A stretch of 56,098 bases of DNA, filler included, from Platydemus manokwari (lineage: Eukaryota): assembly GCA_037951405.1 (NCBI GenBank). It is 5 parts of 5 records of this genome, joined end to end, with 100 filler letters (N's around TTAATTAATTAA, not from the genome) between each part and the next. Parts side by side here need not be neighbours in the genome. Positions count along the whole stretch, not along the records: positions 20,364 to 33,502 come from JBBMOY011826945.1; positions 33,603 to 46,923 come from JBBMOY011760285.1; 3 more parts are not named here. One strand, 5' to 3'. This document shows, piece by piece, positions 24,791-38,036 of the stretch. Below the pieces are notes generated by a model. That model worked only from the letters and a program-made list of their open reading frames with translations, had not been told where the DNA came from and made no database searches. The position numbers and the translations under genes were made by a program. How positions within the stretch are numbered: position 1 is the first letter of the stretch; the number at the start of each line of letters is the position of its first letter.

Positions 24791-27700
24791 CTTTAAGTTA
24801 TCAATCATCTATATATATAACAATGTATTATTATTTAGCAATTAAAATTTATTGATCTGCTTAGTAACATTTATTGTAATGTTAATATTTGACAATTATT
24901 GATCATTAATGCTACGTCATTGTTGATGAAATCGAATGCAAAAAGGTAAGTGAAGCAGACATATTAAATTTGATTGGTGTTGAAAAAATAGATACTTTTC
25001 TGAGAAGCGAACAAGGTAAGTATTAGTATTGAGTTTGAATAATGATAATAATAAAGTTTAATAGCAATTTTAATAAGTTTTATTAATTTTATTAGTACGG
25101 CATTATAACGATTTGTATCTTTCTAATTCTTATATCAACTTTATAATTAATACGATTTATAACTTGCGAATCCTAGGTATTAATTCTCAGAAGTTTCTCT
25201 TCGGTCTGGTTTTGTCATTAATTGTTATTAGTGCAGTATTTATACCAGTTTTATGACTTAAATGGTGGTGAATTATTTTTCCTGTTTATTAAATAAAATT
25301 ATGCATTTTAATTCTGGTAAACTATTTTATTAGCCTGAATTTTTCGCTGATTTATTGTCAATAAATTCTTTAATTATTAGAGTTAAATTTGTTTTATTAA
25401 ATTTATATAATTTAATTTGTTAAACCGTTATTAATTGATTTTAAACATTCACTTTATTTATCGTTATTATAATAATTAGAAGCTTAGTTATAAATGTGGA
25501 TATAAAATAACGCTTACTTGATAATATTTTAATATAACATATAATTATATGTTTAGGGTGTTTATTATTTTTAAATGGGCACCAAAACCAAGTAATCATA
25601 TTAAGAGATCGAAAAAAATTGAAGATAGATAAGCGGTTATTAATGCTATTTGAAATCGATCTTTGAAGATGGTTTAAGGTTTCTCTGGTCGAGGTACGTT
25701 CTGCAGTAATACATCTGCACAGACCGCCCATTGCATGCCTCCTCAAACATGGAAAATATATCCAATATTACCAACCTAAAATGGAACTGTAAGGAAATAA
25801 AAACAATTGGAATACAACTCTAGCTCTATCTAGTACATACATTATTTTATAATTCCTAAAAAACACTGAAAATTTTAACTAATAATCTGATTTACTAACT
25901 TATTTTGTGTTTTGTAATAAAGCCTTATTTGTATAACTTAAAATTTCTCCAATATAACGTTAATTGACATTTATAACGTTAATTTTGGCTTACGTATTCT
26001 TCAACAAGCTTTTCTGAACTGAACAGTTTAAAATCAACAAGACTATTGATTTTCTTAGATTTATAATCAAATTAATTGAATAAATCTAAACTAGAATTTT
26101 AAAACAAAAATTATACTTATCAAGCTTATTAAAATTGCTTTTCGAAATGTTTTATAAAAATGAAATACGTTGATGATATCAATTTTATTAGAAGTTCAAA
26201 AGTAAAATTACAGTTAAGATATATATTTTTTCATAGAATAGTAGATCCAATCAAATTTTATGTTAACTTATTTTTAAAATCTAATGACTAATCAGAAATT
26301 TATTAATAAATTTAGTAAAATTTTGCAAATATTAATTGATTCGATTAGGAAATGGTTTCGAAATTTTCGAAGGGTTTTTGAAAAATTTTTAGAACTAATT
26401 TTACAACATAAAATGACTATAAATTATCTTTGTCAATTAGTCGAATGGCCTTTTGTAATTAATTACATCATTTTTTTAAAAAATATGTAGACTTATATCG
26501 GCACGATTTAAATATAAAAATATATTCATCTTAAACAATATGTATGTTATACGTGATAATACATGAATTTCAAATTCTTTTCATTGTTTTAATGTATCGT
26601 CAAGACCAATTGATGAAATGTCATCATCGAATGTCGTCGAGTCATAAAGTTTCAAAACAATGTCTTTAAAAACACTATTTTCCAAATTTTAATTTCTTTA
26701 GCCGATAGTCAACAAAAGAACTTCCATAAAATTCAGGTCATATTTTCTTCGAACAATCAACCTATTTTACAATTATTTTATCCGCATATTTTGAAGAAAC
26801 TATTTTTGTGAAATAATATAAATTCTGAGATAAGTTGTTACTCCCCGAAATCCAGCACCTCTGCCCCGTTTTAGTGTAAACTAATCCATTGAAAGCTCAC
26901 ATTATGTTGGTATAGAAATATGAAATCGACAAAAGCAAAGTAAGAAATACAATCAATATTTATTTCACATCCAAAGAAAGTGTGTATGTGTGTCAGTTGT
27001 CTAAAGCGATATTTCTTGTTAAATGAATTGCAATATCCGTATGAAATAGTTTGCAAATCTCTAATGAAAGTGGAAGAAGCTACATATGTATTAACTGTTA
27101 GGATTATTACACAACTTGGAAATTTGTAGACAATATTTAATAATATTGTTTTTCAATTTTCTACTTGAAATTGGCTATTTAAGATTTGAATGAAAATTTT
27201 CTAATAGAAAAGAGACATTGGTGAAAAGTGCGGGAATTACAATCAAGAAACTTCCAATAAAAATACCAAGCTGGATTTAAATGTTAAAACTGTTTATATT
27301 AAATTTTTCGAGATAACCAGAGTCATTGGAATAATGATATCTCATTGATGATTCAAGTTATTAATAATATACTTTATCATCTCTGATGCTCATATTATAA
27401 AGAAATCAAAGGATAATACATTAAAGAAAAGGAAATGGTAAAAAATTGATTCACGGTCAAATAAAATATTATACGGCCTTCTGAAAGTTATAATGCTCAA
27501 TATTTCTCAATTTTTATGTGCGCAACTTCAGAGAATTGAGTTTGATCAATAAATTTCTTTTTTATTGACTGAATGTCGACACAAATATTCAGTAATGATT
27601 AAGAAAAAAAAACATTCTTTTTGGTGATTTTACGAAGTTAAATAGTTCGTTGCTACAATACTTATAAAAAACAGAATGCACGTAAAGTATGGAATAGCAA

Positions 27701-29424
27701 ACAATTAGATTTATAATTGTTTCCCATACTTTACTTCCAATATATGGTGACAAAATAAATCCAACAATGCTTACTTATCTGATGATACTTTAAACAAATA
27801 AATCAATAATTAAAATAAAGATAAATAAACCGAACGCTAAGGTTATCGATGGCCAAAATATGATTAAAACAAATTTTAATCATCAACTTGTAAAAAAATT
27901 CATCATGCTAAATAAATAATTCATTGAAACAAAACGTTACAATCTAATCCTATACTTTCTAATATGATGAAAGTGAACTTGTTAAAAAAATATTATCTCA
28001 ATTTTTATAAAAATACACAACATATTCACTATAATTTCCAAAGATAAGAAAGTTTATCCTTAAAAAAGTTTAATTTAAATAAAACTAACGCACAACATGA
28101 AATAAATTTAATTTTTGCAAAAAATTGGAAAGAATACTACAAATTATTTTTTTTTCTGCATAATATTTCCCTCAACAATATTTATTTATCATACACGGCA
28201 ATCATTATCAGGTAAATAGAGCAAAAAGTTGTAACAGCGAGAATAAAAATTTTATCAATATAAAACATACACCAATTATCAAAACATCAAATTCCCAACA
28301 CAATCTAAATAATAGAAAAAATCTAAACTAAATTTAATTTTAAACCAATAGCAAAATTTATTCAAATCATTATCAAATTTTTTTTATCAAACTACAATAA
28401 ATAGTAGAAAAAAATCTAAATTCCTACACAAAATCTACTAAATTAGAATATATATATGTATCATCCAATATATGCATATAGAAGAAACTGAACAGATTAT
28501 TCAAATAACGAATATTTAAAGGAATCATATCAAACTGCCATTAAGTTTAACACTGAAAAAAAAATCTACAACACCACATTGCCAAGAGCACAGAGTTTTG
28601 TGAATCAATATTTTTATTTGTACATAAACATCCTAAAACACAATATATATATTTTATCTCTAAAGGCAAGCAATTAATGCATGAAAAATCACTCAGATCA
28701 ATACATTAACATGATTAATTTTATCGATTAATTTTCTTGATAATAATTAAAAATCAAAAATAAGCACAACAACAATCAATATAATCATCGATGAATATCT
28801 ATAGATATTTAAAAATCAATATACATCATTATATGAATCAATATAATAATCGATTTATATATGTATATATCAACCGCAGTAAATAAAAATATAGAAATTC
28901 AACGCACCGAATAATAATAACAACCTAAATGCATATGTGGAAAATGGTCAAATAAATTACGAGCCAGCTTCAAAACCCAAAAAACATATTTCTACCGATT
29001 AGAATCAATAAAAATCAATAATTTGAACAATTCATAATTATATACATACGTATTAATAATATATAATGATAATGATAATAAATAATAATTACGATTAAAG
29101 AGAAAAATTTTAATCTAGAAATAAAACCGAAAAAAATAAATATCGATGCTGACACTTCTGTGGTTCGATAAATTTGATAAATGTTTCGTTCGGAATATCA
29201 TTTATATTTATACAATAAAATCGAATAAAAGGTAATCTCTATAACAACGCTAGATCGATTGTGCTGACACAAAATTGATTGAGAACAATCATCATAGAGA
29301 GGAGAGGAGATAGAAATAAAGATAGATTTTCTGCACTGATTTGCTGTCGAGATACACAAAATACTTTCTACACACTCAGACAAACACACAAACTTGTGTG
29401 AACAATTCGTATCCAGATACAACA

Positions 29425-32400
29425 CTAGCCCTTAGGAACGAACCCGGCTATCATTCCGATAACTATACAAATGAGAACTGCAACGCAGACTCCGATTATG
29501 ATCATTTTCTGTAAAATTGAATAATTTATAGTTAAAAAAAAATAGACTCAAATAGAAAATAATTCAATATTTACCCTTATTTCTGCCATTGACAACATTC
29601 AACATTTTATTACAACATTTACGAGCGACATTTACATTGACAACATTCTCTCTAAATATGAAAAATAATATTGAAGAAAAATAAAATTTCCATTGAAGAA
29701 TTATTTTCAAATCCAAAATGCAGAATCAGTTTTAAATTAAAAACAAAATTTGTGAAAACAATATTTGATAGGGGATCTCGACATTTACAATTGATCTATC
29801 TGCTGATAATATATGGAGGGTCTAAATTTATTGAATGTGAATAATAATAAATACTATCGTCGTGGAAACAAAATAATTGATCACCAGATAGAAGAGCCAT
29901 TAATTACTTTTATACGTAAAAGCGAATATCAAATTTTACTAAAACAAATGGGTTTCAAAAAAATAGAAAGTTGGAACCTGTATTTCTCAAAAACGTTCTT
30001 AACAGTACGTACCCAAAACTCAACAAAACACTTCATAATAAAAAATAAACGAATCAAGCTTGGTTTCCCACTGGTAGTTGAATATCTTTACATCAATATT
30101 TATACGTGAGATTTTTGTGTCACGTTTTGATTTGATCTTTTATTTATTGATTTTTTGTACTTGGGATTGGCCAATACCTGCGTATGTGATACTGTGGAGC
30201 TATGTCCCTTTTTCGAACTATAATTTTCTATTTAGGTCAGCTGTGATTGATTGTGAGCTATGCATGTATGATTGTGTAGGCATGCAAATCGTTTTTCTTT
30301 TGCAATATTTCGTCACTACTCAACATTACTTTTTGGTATAAATATAATCTGATAAGGATAAATGAGAAAATGACTGATTCTTCATAAAAAATATGTTGAA
30401 TAAATCTATCAGAAATATGAATGGAATTTCTATGAAGGTTGAATTCTAAAAATGATAAAAGAAATCCAATTTAACTCAAACATCAACTGGTGGTATTCAG
30501 ATAAGGAAAAATTACAATGATTGTTTTCCATTTCTTTTCATTTCAATTATCATATAGATTTTGTTTCCGAATAGGAAACTTAAAGAGAGTAACATTTATG
30601 GATTTCCTTCGTCGTTATTATGAGTACCATAATTGTATGAAAAACTATAAATATTCTAATAATGTTGCTGTAATCAATGTGAACATTTGATGCTTGAAAT
30701 TAAAAATCCATTCTCTTTTGATAAAGTGAATCCTCAAATATTTACATCAAGTGAAATGTAGATGAAAAATCAGTTCATTGACACAAGCACACTGACAAAA
30801 CAAATTCCTAGAAGCCATAATTTTTCATTTTAAACCACAAAAAATTCATAGATAATTGATAATATTTTCGAAAATAATCCACATTGTGATGAAAATGAAA
30901 TTTCCTTTTTGTTGAAACTATTTTTTGTTTTAATTTTTTTAAAGCTGGAATTTCAAAAAAATGATTTCAAATAATTATTAGGAGAATCAATATTTTCAAG
31001 CCAATAATTTATCATGGTCAGATTAATAAAATAATTATTAACGGTCGCATCAGTAACGACTCCTGCACTACTGTTTCAAAAGTACACCTTAAGACATTTC
31101 AGAAAAACTGGATTAATTTCTAATATTAATTTATATTAATAATAACTATAATAATAATAATAAGTTTAACCAAAAAAACTTTTTTAGAAATTTTAGTTCT
31201 CATTAAGTAAAACAAATTGAATTTCAGATGTCTATGAAAATAAGTAAATCTTTATTGTCATAATGAAGCTGCAAACTGCCTCTGAGAATTAGACTTGACT
31301 GAAAATATATGGCAGTGCGATAGTATGGATTATTTATCAAATATCCTTTCATGAAGATGAGCTAAAACTAAATTTCTTCTGACATATATGTAATTATAAT
31401 TCTTTTCTTACGATATCCGCCATTTGGTTTTCATTCAATTTCAATACCTTATTATAAGAAAAATACTATAGTGATTAAAGGAAAAAAGTTCCCAGTATTT
31501 ATTGGATATATTTTTAAAAATTAAATCTGTTGAATATGTGCTATAGTAGAATAGATGTGTTGACAGCCCAGCTGAAGATTCAAGAGATGTGAGGTAAAAC
31601 GGGGCTGGGTTTGAATCCATCGATGAAGTTATTATGAAATCTTATAGCAATATTGCTAAATATCTGTGTTGCTGAAAATTGAAATAAATAATCCACCCGT
31701 TAAATGTAGTCTCTACCATGTATTTTGAATTATTAAATATTATTTATTTTTGAAATTTTATTTCATACGTTGAATTAATAAAGGAAAAAGGGAAATAATG
31801 GAGTGCAATAAAATACAGAAAAAATGAATAACTAAACGATTTGGAGAATGGGAAACACAGAATCGATACACAGCATGGCAATTGGCATATTTTCGATACA
31901 ATATTAACACGACAAAAAATTATGAACACATTGGCAAAATAAGTGATTATGAGAAAAAATAATTATCAAATTTATACTTTTCGAGCAGCACTTTGATATT
32001 TGACGGCCTTTTTAGTATCTGCTTTTGCAGTTTCAATATAATCGACAGCTTGTTCAACATTGTATTCGATTCTATCGATCATTTCACCCTGTAATGATTT
32101 ATATTTATTTTTTTCATAATTATTAAAACATGTATCATAATCGATTTTATATTTATAATATTGTTTATAACACACCTGACTTTCGACTAACATGGCCATA
32201 TCCAGAAACATGTCGTGTAATTCCTTAATGCTCTTCTCCAATTTCATGATATCCTGATGTCTGGCCTCTATATCTGCCAGAGATTGCTTGGCTTGATTAG
32301 TATCAGTCATAATCTAAAAGAAACGAAATCAATGATGTATTATTCAATAAAATGTGAACTCAAAATAATAATAATAATAATAATAATAAATTCAAATACA

Positions 32401-32500
32401 CACAAATCAAATTTAATTCGCCTTACTTCCTGTGTAAATATGGCTGGATTTCCGGATTCAAGCATATCCTCCAGTTCTTCATTGGAAATTTTCCGTTCGG
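29425..32500 (-). CDS. STX1: Syntaxin-1 (Qa-SNARE), 5'-partial; exons 32500-32427, 32313-32176, 32088-31978, 29508-29425
   Basis: Spliced: [24 protein letters not shown]|[46 protein letters not shown]|[37 protein letters not shown]|[27 protein letters not shown]. Very close to the syntaxin-1 linker, SNARE motif and TM anchor; all introns GT-AG and in phase. Confidence 0.95.
29955..30330 (-). repeat. Dispersed non-coding repeat family, copy 2 (in the last syntaxin intron)
   Basis: Reverse complement shares CAATCACAG, AAAAAGGGACATA, AAAGATCAAATCAAA, GTGACACA and TGATGTAAA...TCAACT.CCA, in order, with 40340-40660. Confidence 0.75.
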
Positions 32501-33502
32501 CTAAAAATATGAACAAAATATTTGTCATATTTGTACTTCATAAATTTTGCTTATAAATTAATTTATTAATATGCCTGAATTTTGTTTGGTGATATTTATA
32601 CGTTTTCGATTTATCGCAGTTATTTTTCATTGTGTAGCCGAATTATATTTCTCTCCATTTTATCCGTTAACTTAATTTAATAATAGGCAAATTTATCAAT
32701 GCTTTGTTCTATCATAATGTGCTTAAATAGAATATAGAATTAAGAGCAATATTGTTTTTCATCTTTATATTTTATTTCCCGTTATTGTTTTGGTTTTTTT
32801 CAAAAAATTTTCCTGAAGAATTGATGAGTAAAACGATATTGGCTAGGCAATGAAATATATTATTAAGACATGATTGGAATAAAAGTTAATTATATCGCTT
32901 TGATTCTTGAGAAACACTTTGACAAATGGATGATGTTAAACTGTTGTAGATGAATGGAGAACAAATACATACAAAGAAACTGTATAAATTAATGAACGTG
33001 AAAATTTTTTTTTATAAGAAATCCATAAATTATAATTAAAACATCTCGTTTGCAAGATCATAATTTTTGAATGAATATTTCATTAAATTTCTGTACAACC
33101 AGAAAAGAGATGTTTTATTCATTACAGTAAATTATAAAGAAAATTTATAGGAAATTTGAAATATTTTGTAGTGCTATTTTCCCTTACATTTGATTCTTAT
33201 AGTAATAATAACGAATAAACAAAAACTGATATAAACAATGCATCCACTGTTCTTCTCTATTTCCGAAAGCAACTGGAAAGTCAATACACAAAATTATATT
33301 TAATTTATGAAATCTTTTAAATTTAATTTTTCAAGCCTTCACAACTTCAAAGTCATCGCTACCAGTATAATTATATGTATTTATCATTTAAGGGTTTAAA
33401 TATATCAAATGCAAATTACAATCCATGTTCAATATGTACTCCATATGGTAAAGCATTATTATTAATGTTAATATTATTGTTAATTATTATTTATTATTGT
33501 TA

Positions 33503-33602
33503 NNNNNNNNNNNNNNNNNNNNNNNNNNNNNNNNNNNNNNNNNNNNTTAATTAATTAANNNNNNNNNNNNNNNNNNNNNNNNNNNNNNNNNNNNNNNNNN
33601 NN
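33503..33602. other. Artificial contig spacer (44N-TTAATTAATTAA-44N)
   Basis: Same 100-nt linker. Confidence 0.97.
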
Positions 33603-35184
33603 AATATTCAGCATTTATAATAATTATTATTCATAGATATCTAACATAATAATATAAGTAAAAACCATTTAGAACAAACCCATTAAATTCCATAAATAAT
33701 AAATTATTTCATAAAATAACAATCGGTAATATATTATTGCGATATCAAATAAATCGTTACCTATTGCCTCACACGATAAAAATATGCAGTAAATAAAATA
33801 GTCAGTTGATTCAATTTAATCAAAGTGAATTTCTCTCGCGGCGATAAATAATTTCCAGCGAGAAAATGATAAATAAATGGCATTAAATTTAATCGTAGAA
33901 AGGTATACGAGTGATTCAGCTCTACTTATATAAGATAGCAGCCACAATTACCACTGTCATTTTGCTACATTATAGGAGACACGGTTTCACTACAATCGCT
34001 ATACACGGGGATAGGACTCGTTATTTTGCAATTAAGAACAGCACTAGAGAAGAAAATTCAATGTCGAAGATCAGGATTCTCTACATGCTCAATATTTTAC
34101 TGGTAGAACCTACTGTGAGGTGCATTTGCATAAAATACTGGTCTATATATATATATATCGTATCGTTTATTTCCAATAATCGAGTTGAACTCAATCATTT
34201 AGACAGATATTTAGTTTTGCTCCGCGAGAGCGAGTTTATTTATCGTCATTCTATACCAATAAGTTGTTAAGGTCCATCAATAGGTGTAGTACGGAAAATA
34301 ACTTGTAATTCTTATTTTATTTAATTTTTAATTTGTGTCGTTGTTATTTAAAAAAAACATTTGTAATAGAAAACCTTAGTTATTGATTTAATAGCAATTT
34401 TAGATCTTAGTTCGTTATCATTGATCTTAGTGGTTTTAGGAATTTAAATGAGGTGTATAAACTGACTCTAGTTAAGATATATCACTATTACCACTCTTCA
34501 CATCATAAGGTTGTGAGGAGCCAAAATTAGACGAAATAATGTAAATTACACCTGTGACCTTAATCAAAAGCTCATTGAGAATGAATAAGACAATATTGAT
34601 ATCAAATAGAAATAAGATTGATAAAACAACGAAATAAATAAGGTCTGAACGTAACAGGTGTATAATGAACAAAATTTTTTAAATTTTCACATACTTGAAA
34701 ATCATTTAAATGTATTTTCATAAAGAGACCAAGATAAATCGAAACACTGAAATAATCCATCATGAGTACACCCCAGATCCAAAAACATTATAATTATCAA
34801 ATGAAAACCTCTCAAAACTAAGAATAAATAATTTCTTTTCTCAGTGGGTTGATGAACGAAAAATAAATGGTTTTATTAAAATGCAGCAAATACATTTGGA
34901 AAAGATGGTGATAGAATGTTATTAGTGACCAAATCACTCTTAACTTGTTCTTTATAGAAGCTCCCATGATTTATCCTAGTTTAATAATTGTAGGTAAAAA
35001 TTAACATTGAAGACATACTTTAGTGTCAAATGAAGATTTTTGACTTTGAATAGTTGCAAAAAAAAACTCGCCCATGAAATTCAAATGTACTGATAAGTGA
35101 GCTAGATTTTAAAATCAATTTATCGGTGAACTACCAGGTGGAATTGGCAATGATTGAATGAAGAATATTGTTAGATTATTAACC

Positions 35185-35305
35185 AACTCTCACGTACTGA
35201 AAAATTATAACTATATAACAATAGCAATAATTAAACACTCAATACGGGATCGGTAACTGAAATTTGAAATCAGAACAGACCACAACCAAGAAGACTGGCT
35301 GTAAG
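35185..35305 (+). mobile_element. Decayed Ty3/Gypsy pol (RNase H) fragment
   Basis: Frameshifted and stop-interrupted translation LSRTEK/NY...IAIIKH...KFEIRTDHNQEDWL resembles the Gypsy RNase H pattern LS.AE.NY...LAI...F.IRTDH..L.WL. Confidence 0.4.
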
Positions 35306-36291
35306 AAAGATCACATAGAACAGAATGAAGGTTACGGACCAAAAATACTAGCAGTTGCTCGTGAAATCAAAATCCTTTTACATGTTTATCGTGTGTGACG
35401 TTTGATGTCCCAGATATTCGCTTTTCAATTGATAAATTCTTGCATGCATCGATTTTTAGCAAATTCTCTTATATATCTCGTGTCATTGATGAAAATCAGT
35501 GTTTGTTGCCATTTGTTGGTATGCGCCAGTTGATTTTTGACTTCCGAATACGGATTGATATATAGAAGGAATATCATTGGCTATTGGTGTGTGCACTTAT
35601 TGAATATGTTTCTATCACCTGCCCAATAAAATTAACAGATGAATATGCACAATATCATGTGCATATAATGAATGGAGAGGAAAATAAAATAAAAGTTTTA
35701 GAAAACTATTTAAAATAAAATTTAAGCGAAAAATAAGTGTGTTTTACATATGAGAATTGAAGTCTGAAACATATTTACAAACAGGTAAAAATTTTAGCCG
35801 ATACTAAAGTGCAAGATAATTGCTCTCGTTATGCATGACTACTGCCTACATCATTAGCATAACCGTAATTGAAAACAATTAATTCGTTAACGAGTTTATT
35901 TGAAGTTGTAAAATTCTTCAGTAATACATTATAACAGATCCGTTATCTTTCAATTGCAATCATACAAATTTCTGACAAAAAATAATGAGCTGAAATGATT
36001 AACTGTTGGGAGAATGTTGATATTTTCAGTTATTTATATGCGGTAACAGTAAAATTAATAAATTTTTTGATAAATTATATTTCGAAAATATCAGGATTTT
36101 TCTGTGATATTTATTGGCTCATGTATATATGTGTTACACAAAATGAAAACAAATTATGGTCATGATTTAGTTTGATTTTGATTTATGGAATGATCTTTCG
36201 TTTTAAGGAATTTTCTATTGATGTACGTAAAGTTTCTTCGATGTCGATGTATAGATGAATTTTTGAATGACTTTTTTCTTACCCTGAAAAG

Positions 36292-36752
36292 CAGCGGTTT
36301 TCAATCTTGGGGTCGCGGCTCGAAATGGGGTTGGCAGGCATGGTAGGTGTACAAACCATTATAGGCCAAAATCATGTTTTATGATGCGGTTAAATAAATA
36401 GTTTTTGATGCTGATTAAACTATTACCCTGCTTTATCAGAAAAAATTCTTTTTTTCATCATGGATTTTTTTATCCACATATGTGTGTATAACAAGCCTCT
36501 CTTCACTATTGATGATAAAATCAAAGTCCAGAAACAAACCTAGTGCGGAAAATGATTTGCGACAACACTTCCTCAAATTGATAAGCTTGTGAAAGGGAGA
36601 CAGTATCAACATTCTTATTAACTTTTTGCAAATCGGTTTTTTAAATATGGTAAGTTGTGACTTATTTTTAGTAATATTGATTTTCTTTGTAGCCACCAAG
36701 ATCCTAAAAATTAGAAAATGGGTCACCATAGAAAAAAGGTTGAGAACTTCTG
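36292..36752. mobile_element. Non-autonomous hAT element with SPIN/Charlie-like ends (461 bp)
   Basis: Left end CAGCGGTTTTCAATCTTGGGGTCGCG; right end AGGTTGAGAACTTCTG (reverse complement CAGAAGTTCTCAACCT) preceded by TGGGTCAC. Degenerate 8-bp TSD CTGAAAAG / CTATAAAG. Confidence 0.75.
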
Positions 36753-37071
36753 CTATAAAGTGTATTAAAACGACTTTATATGATGTTTAATTAACGTAAA
36801 TCGAAAAAAGGATTTACCACAGATTTTTGAATATTTAAACCCATTTGTATAGTGTCTGATGATTAATTAGTATTCGAGCACATCTTTATAACAATAAAAT
36901 CTTATTTATAAAATTATATTTGAATTGATACTTGTTACGATGAAATTTCGAAAAGGTACTCTGATATTTGTTGAGTTAAATATTTTTATCAAATAAGTAA
37001 AATATCAGAATATTTAATAAATTAAGATATCAAATCAATTCAGAATATCGAACAATGATATGATAATTATA

Positions 37072-38036
37072 ATGGCCGATGTTATCATAAGAAGTAACTT
37101 TTAAAATTTTTAATTATTAATTTTAATAATATCTAATAAATTCTAAATAATTAAAATAAATATTTAGCTTATAAGAACATTCATGACATTTACACATGGT
37201 CAGACCAGGAAGATCTTTTAGGCAAAGGTTCATACGCCAAAGTGTATTGCGGACTGAATAAAATATCAATGGAAAAACACGCTATCAAACATTTTATTAA
37301 AAGCCGTACGAATTCCACAGTCAATATTGATGCACGAAACGAATGCCAGATAATGATTCGATTACATCATCGTTATATTGTGAAATTTATTTCTGCTTAT
37401 GCATGTGATAACGAACATTATTTGGTATTCGAATTATGTACCGGCGGTGAATTGTATGATGAAATCATTAGAAAAGGAAAATATACGGAAAATGAATCCA
37501 AAATCCTAATCAAACAAATTATGGAAGCTGTAAATTATCTTCATAAGAACGGTGTTATTCACCGAGATATCAAGCCAGAAAATATACTCTATGAAACCAC
37601 TCGAAATGATTCATTGATAAAACTAATAGATTATGGTGTGTCAAAATTATTCGATTCTAATCAACCCGATACGGAATTTACCACATTCATTGCCAGTAAA
37701 TATTACGTGGCTCCTGAAATATTAACAAAACCTATTGTTTATACAAAATCTGCCGATTGTTGGTCTGTCGGAGTTATATGTCACATTCTTCTTACAGGTT
37801 ATCCACCATATGACGGTAAGACCGTTATGGATGTCTATCTCAATATCCGTGATACGAAATTCAAATTTATCGAACAGGAATGGATGAATTTTACCGAAGA
37901 TTGTATACCGTTCGTTACGAAATTATTGAAACGGAATCCCAAATTGCGATTGAGCACTATCGATGCTCTTCAACATAAATGGTTGAGTGATGAATTTCTA
38001 CAACGATTCTCAACAAATGCTTCCTCCAATAAGTAG
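37072..38036 (+). CDS. CAMK-group Ser/Thr kinase (CaMKI-like catalytic domain only, 296 aa; exons 37072-37093 and 37168-38036)
   Basis: ATG at 37072 and a 74-nt phase-1 intron (A|GTAACT...TTTAG) give MADVIIRTYKNIHDIY...LGKGSYAKV, HAIK, FELCTGGELYD, HRDIKPEN, IDYG, YVAPE and DCWSVGVI..ILLTGYPPY. Confidence 0.9.

Noticed and set aside
31560-31625. GGGTTTGAATCC as a tRNA/SINE B-box
   Set aside because: No cloverleaf, A-box or tail could be built.
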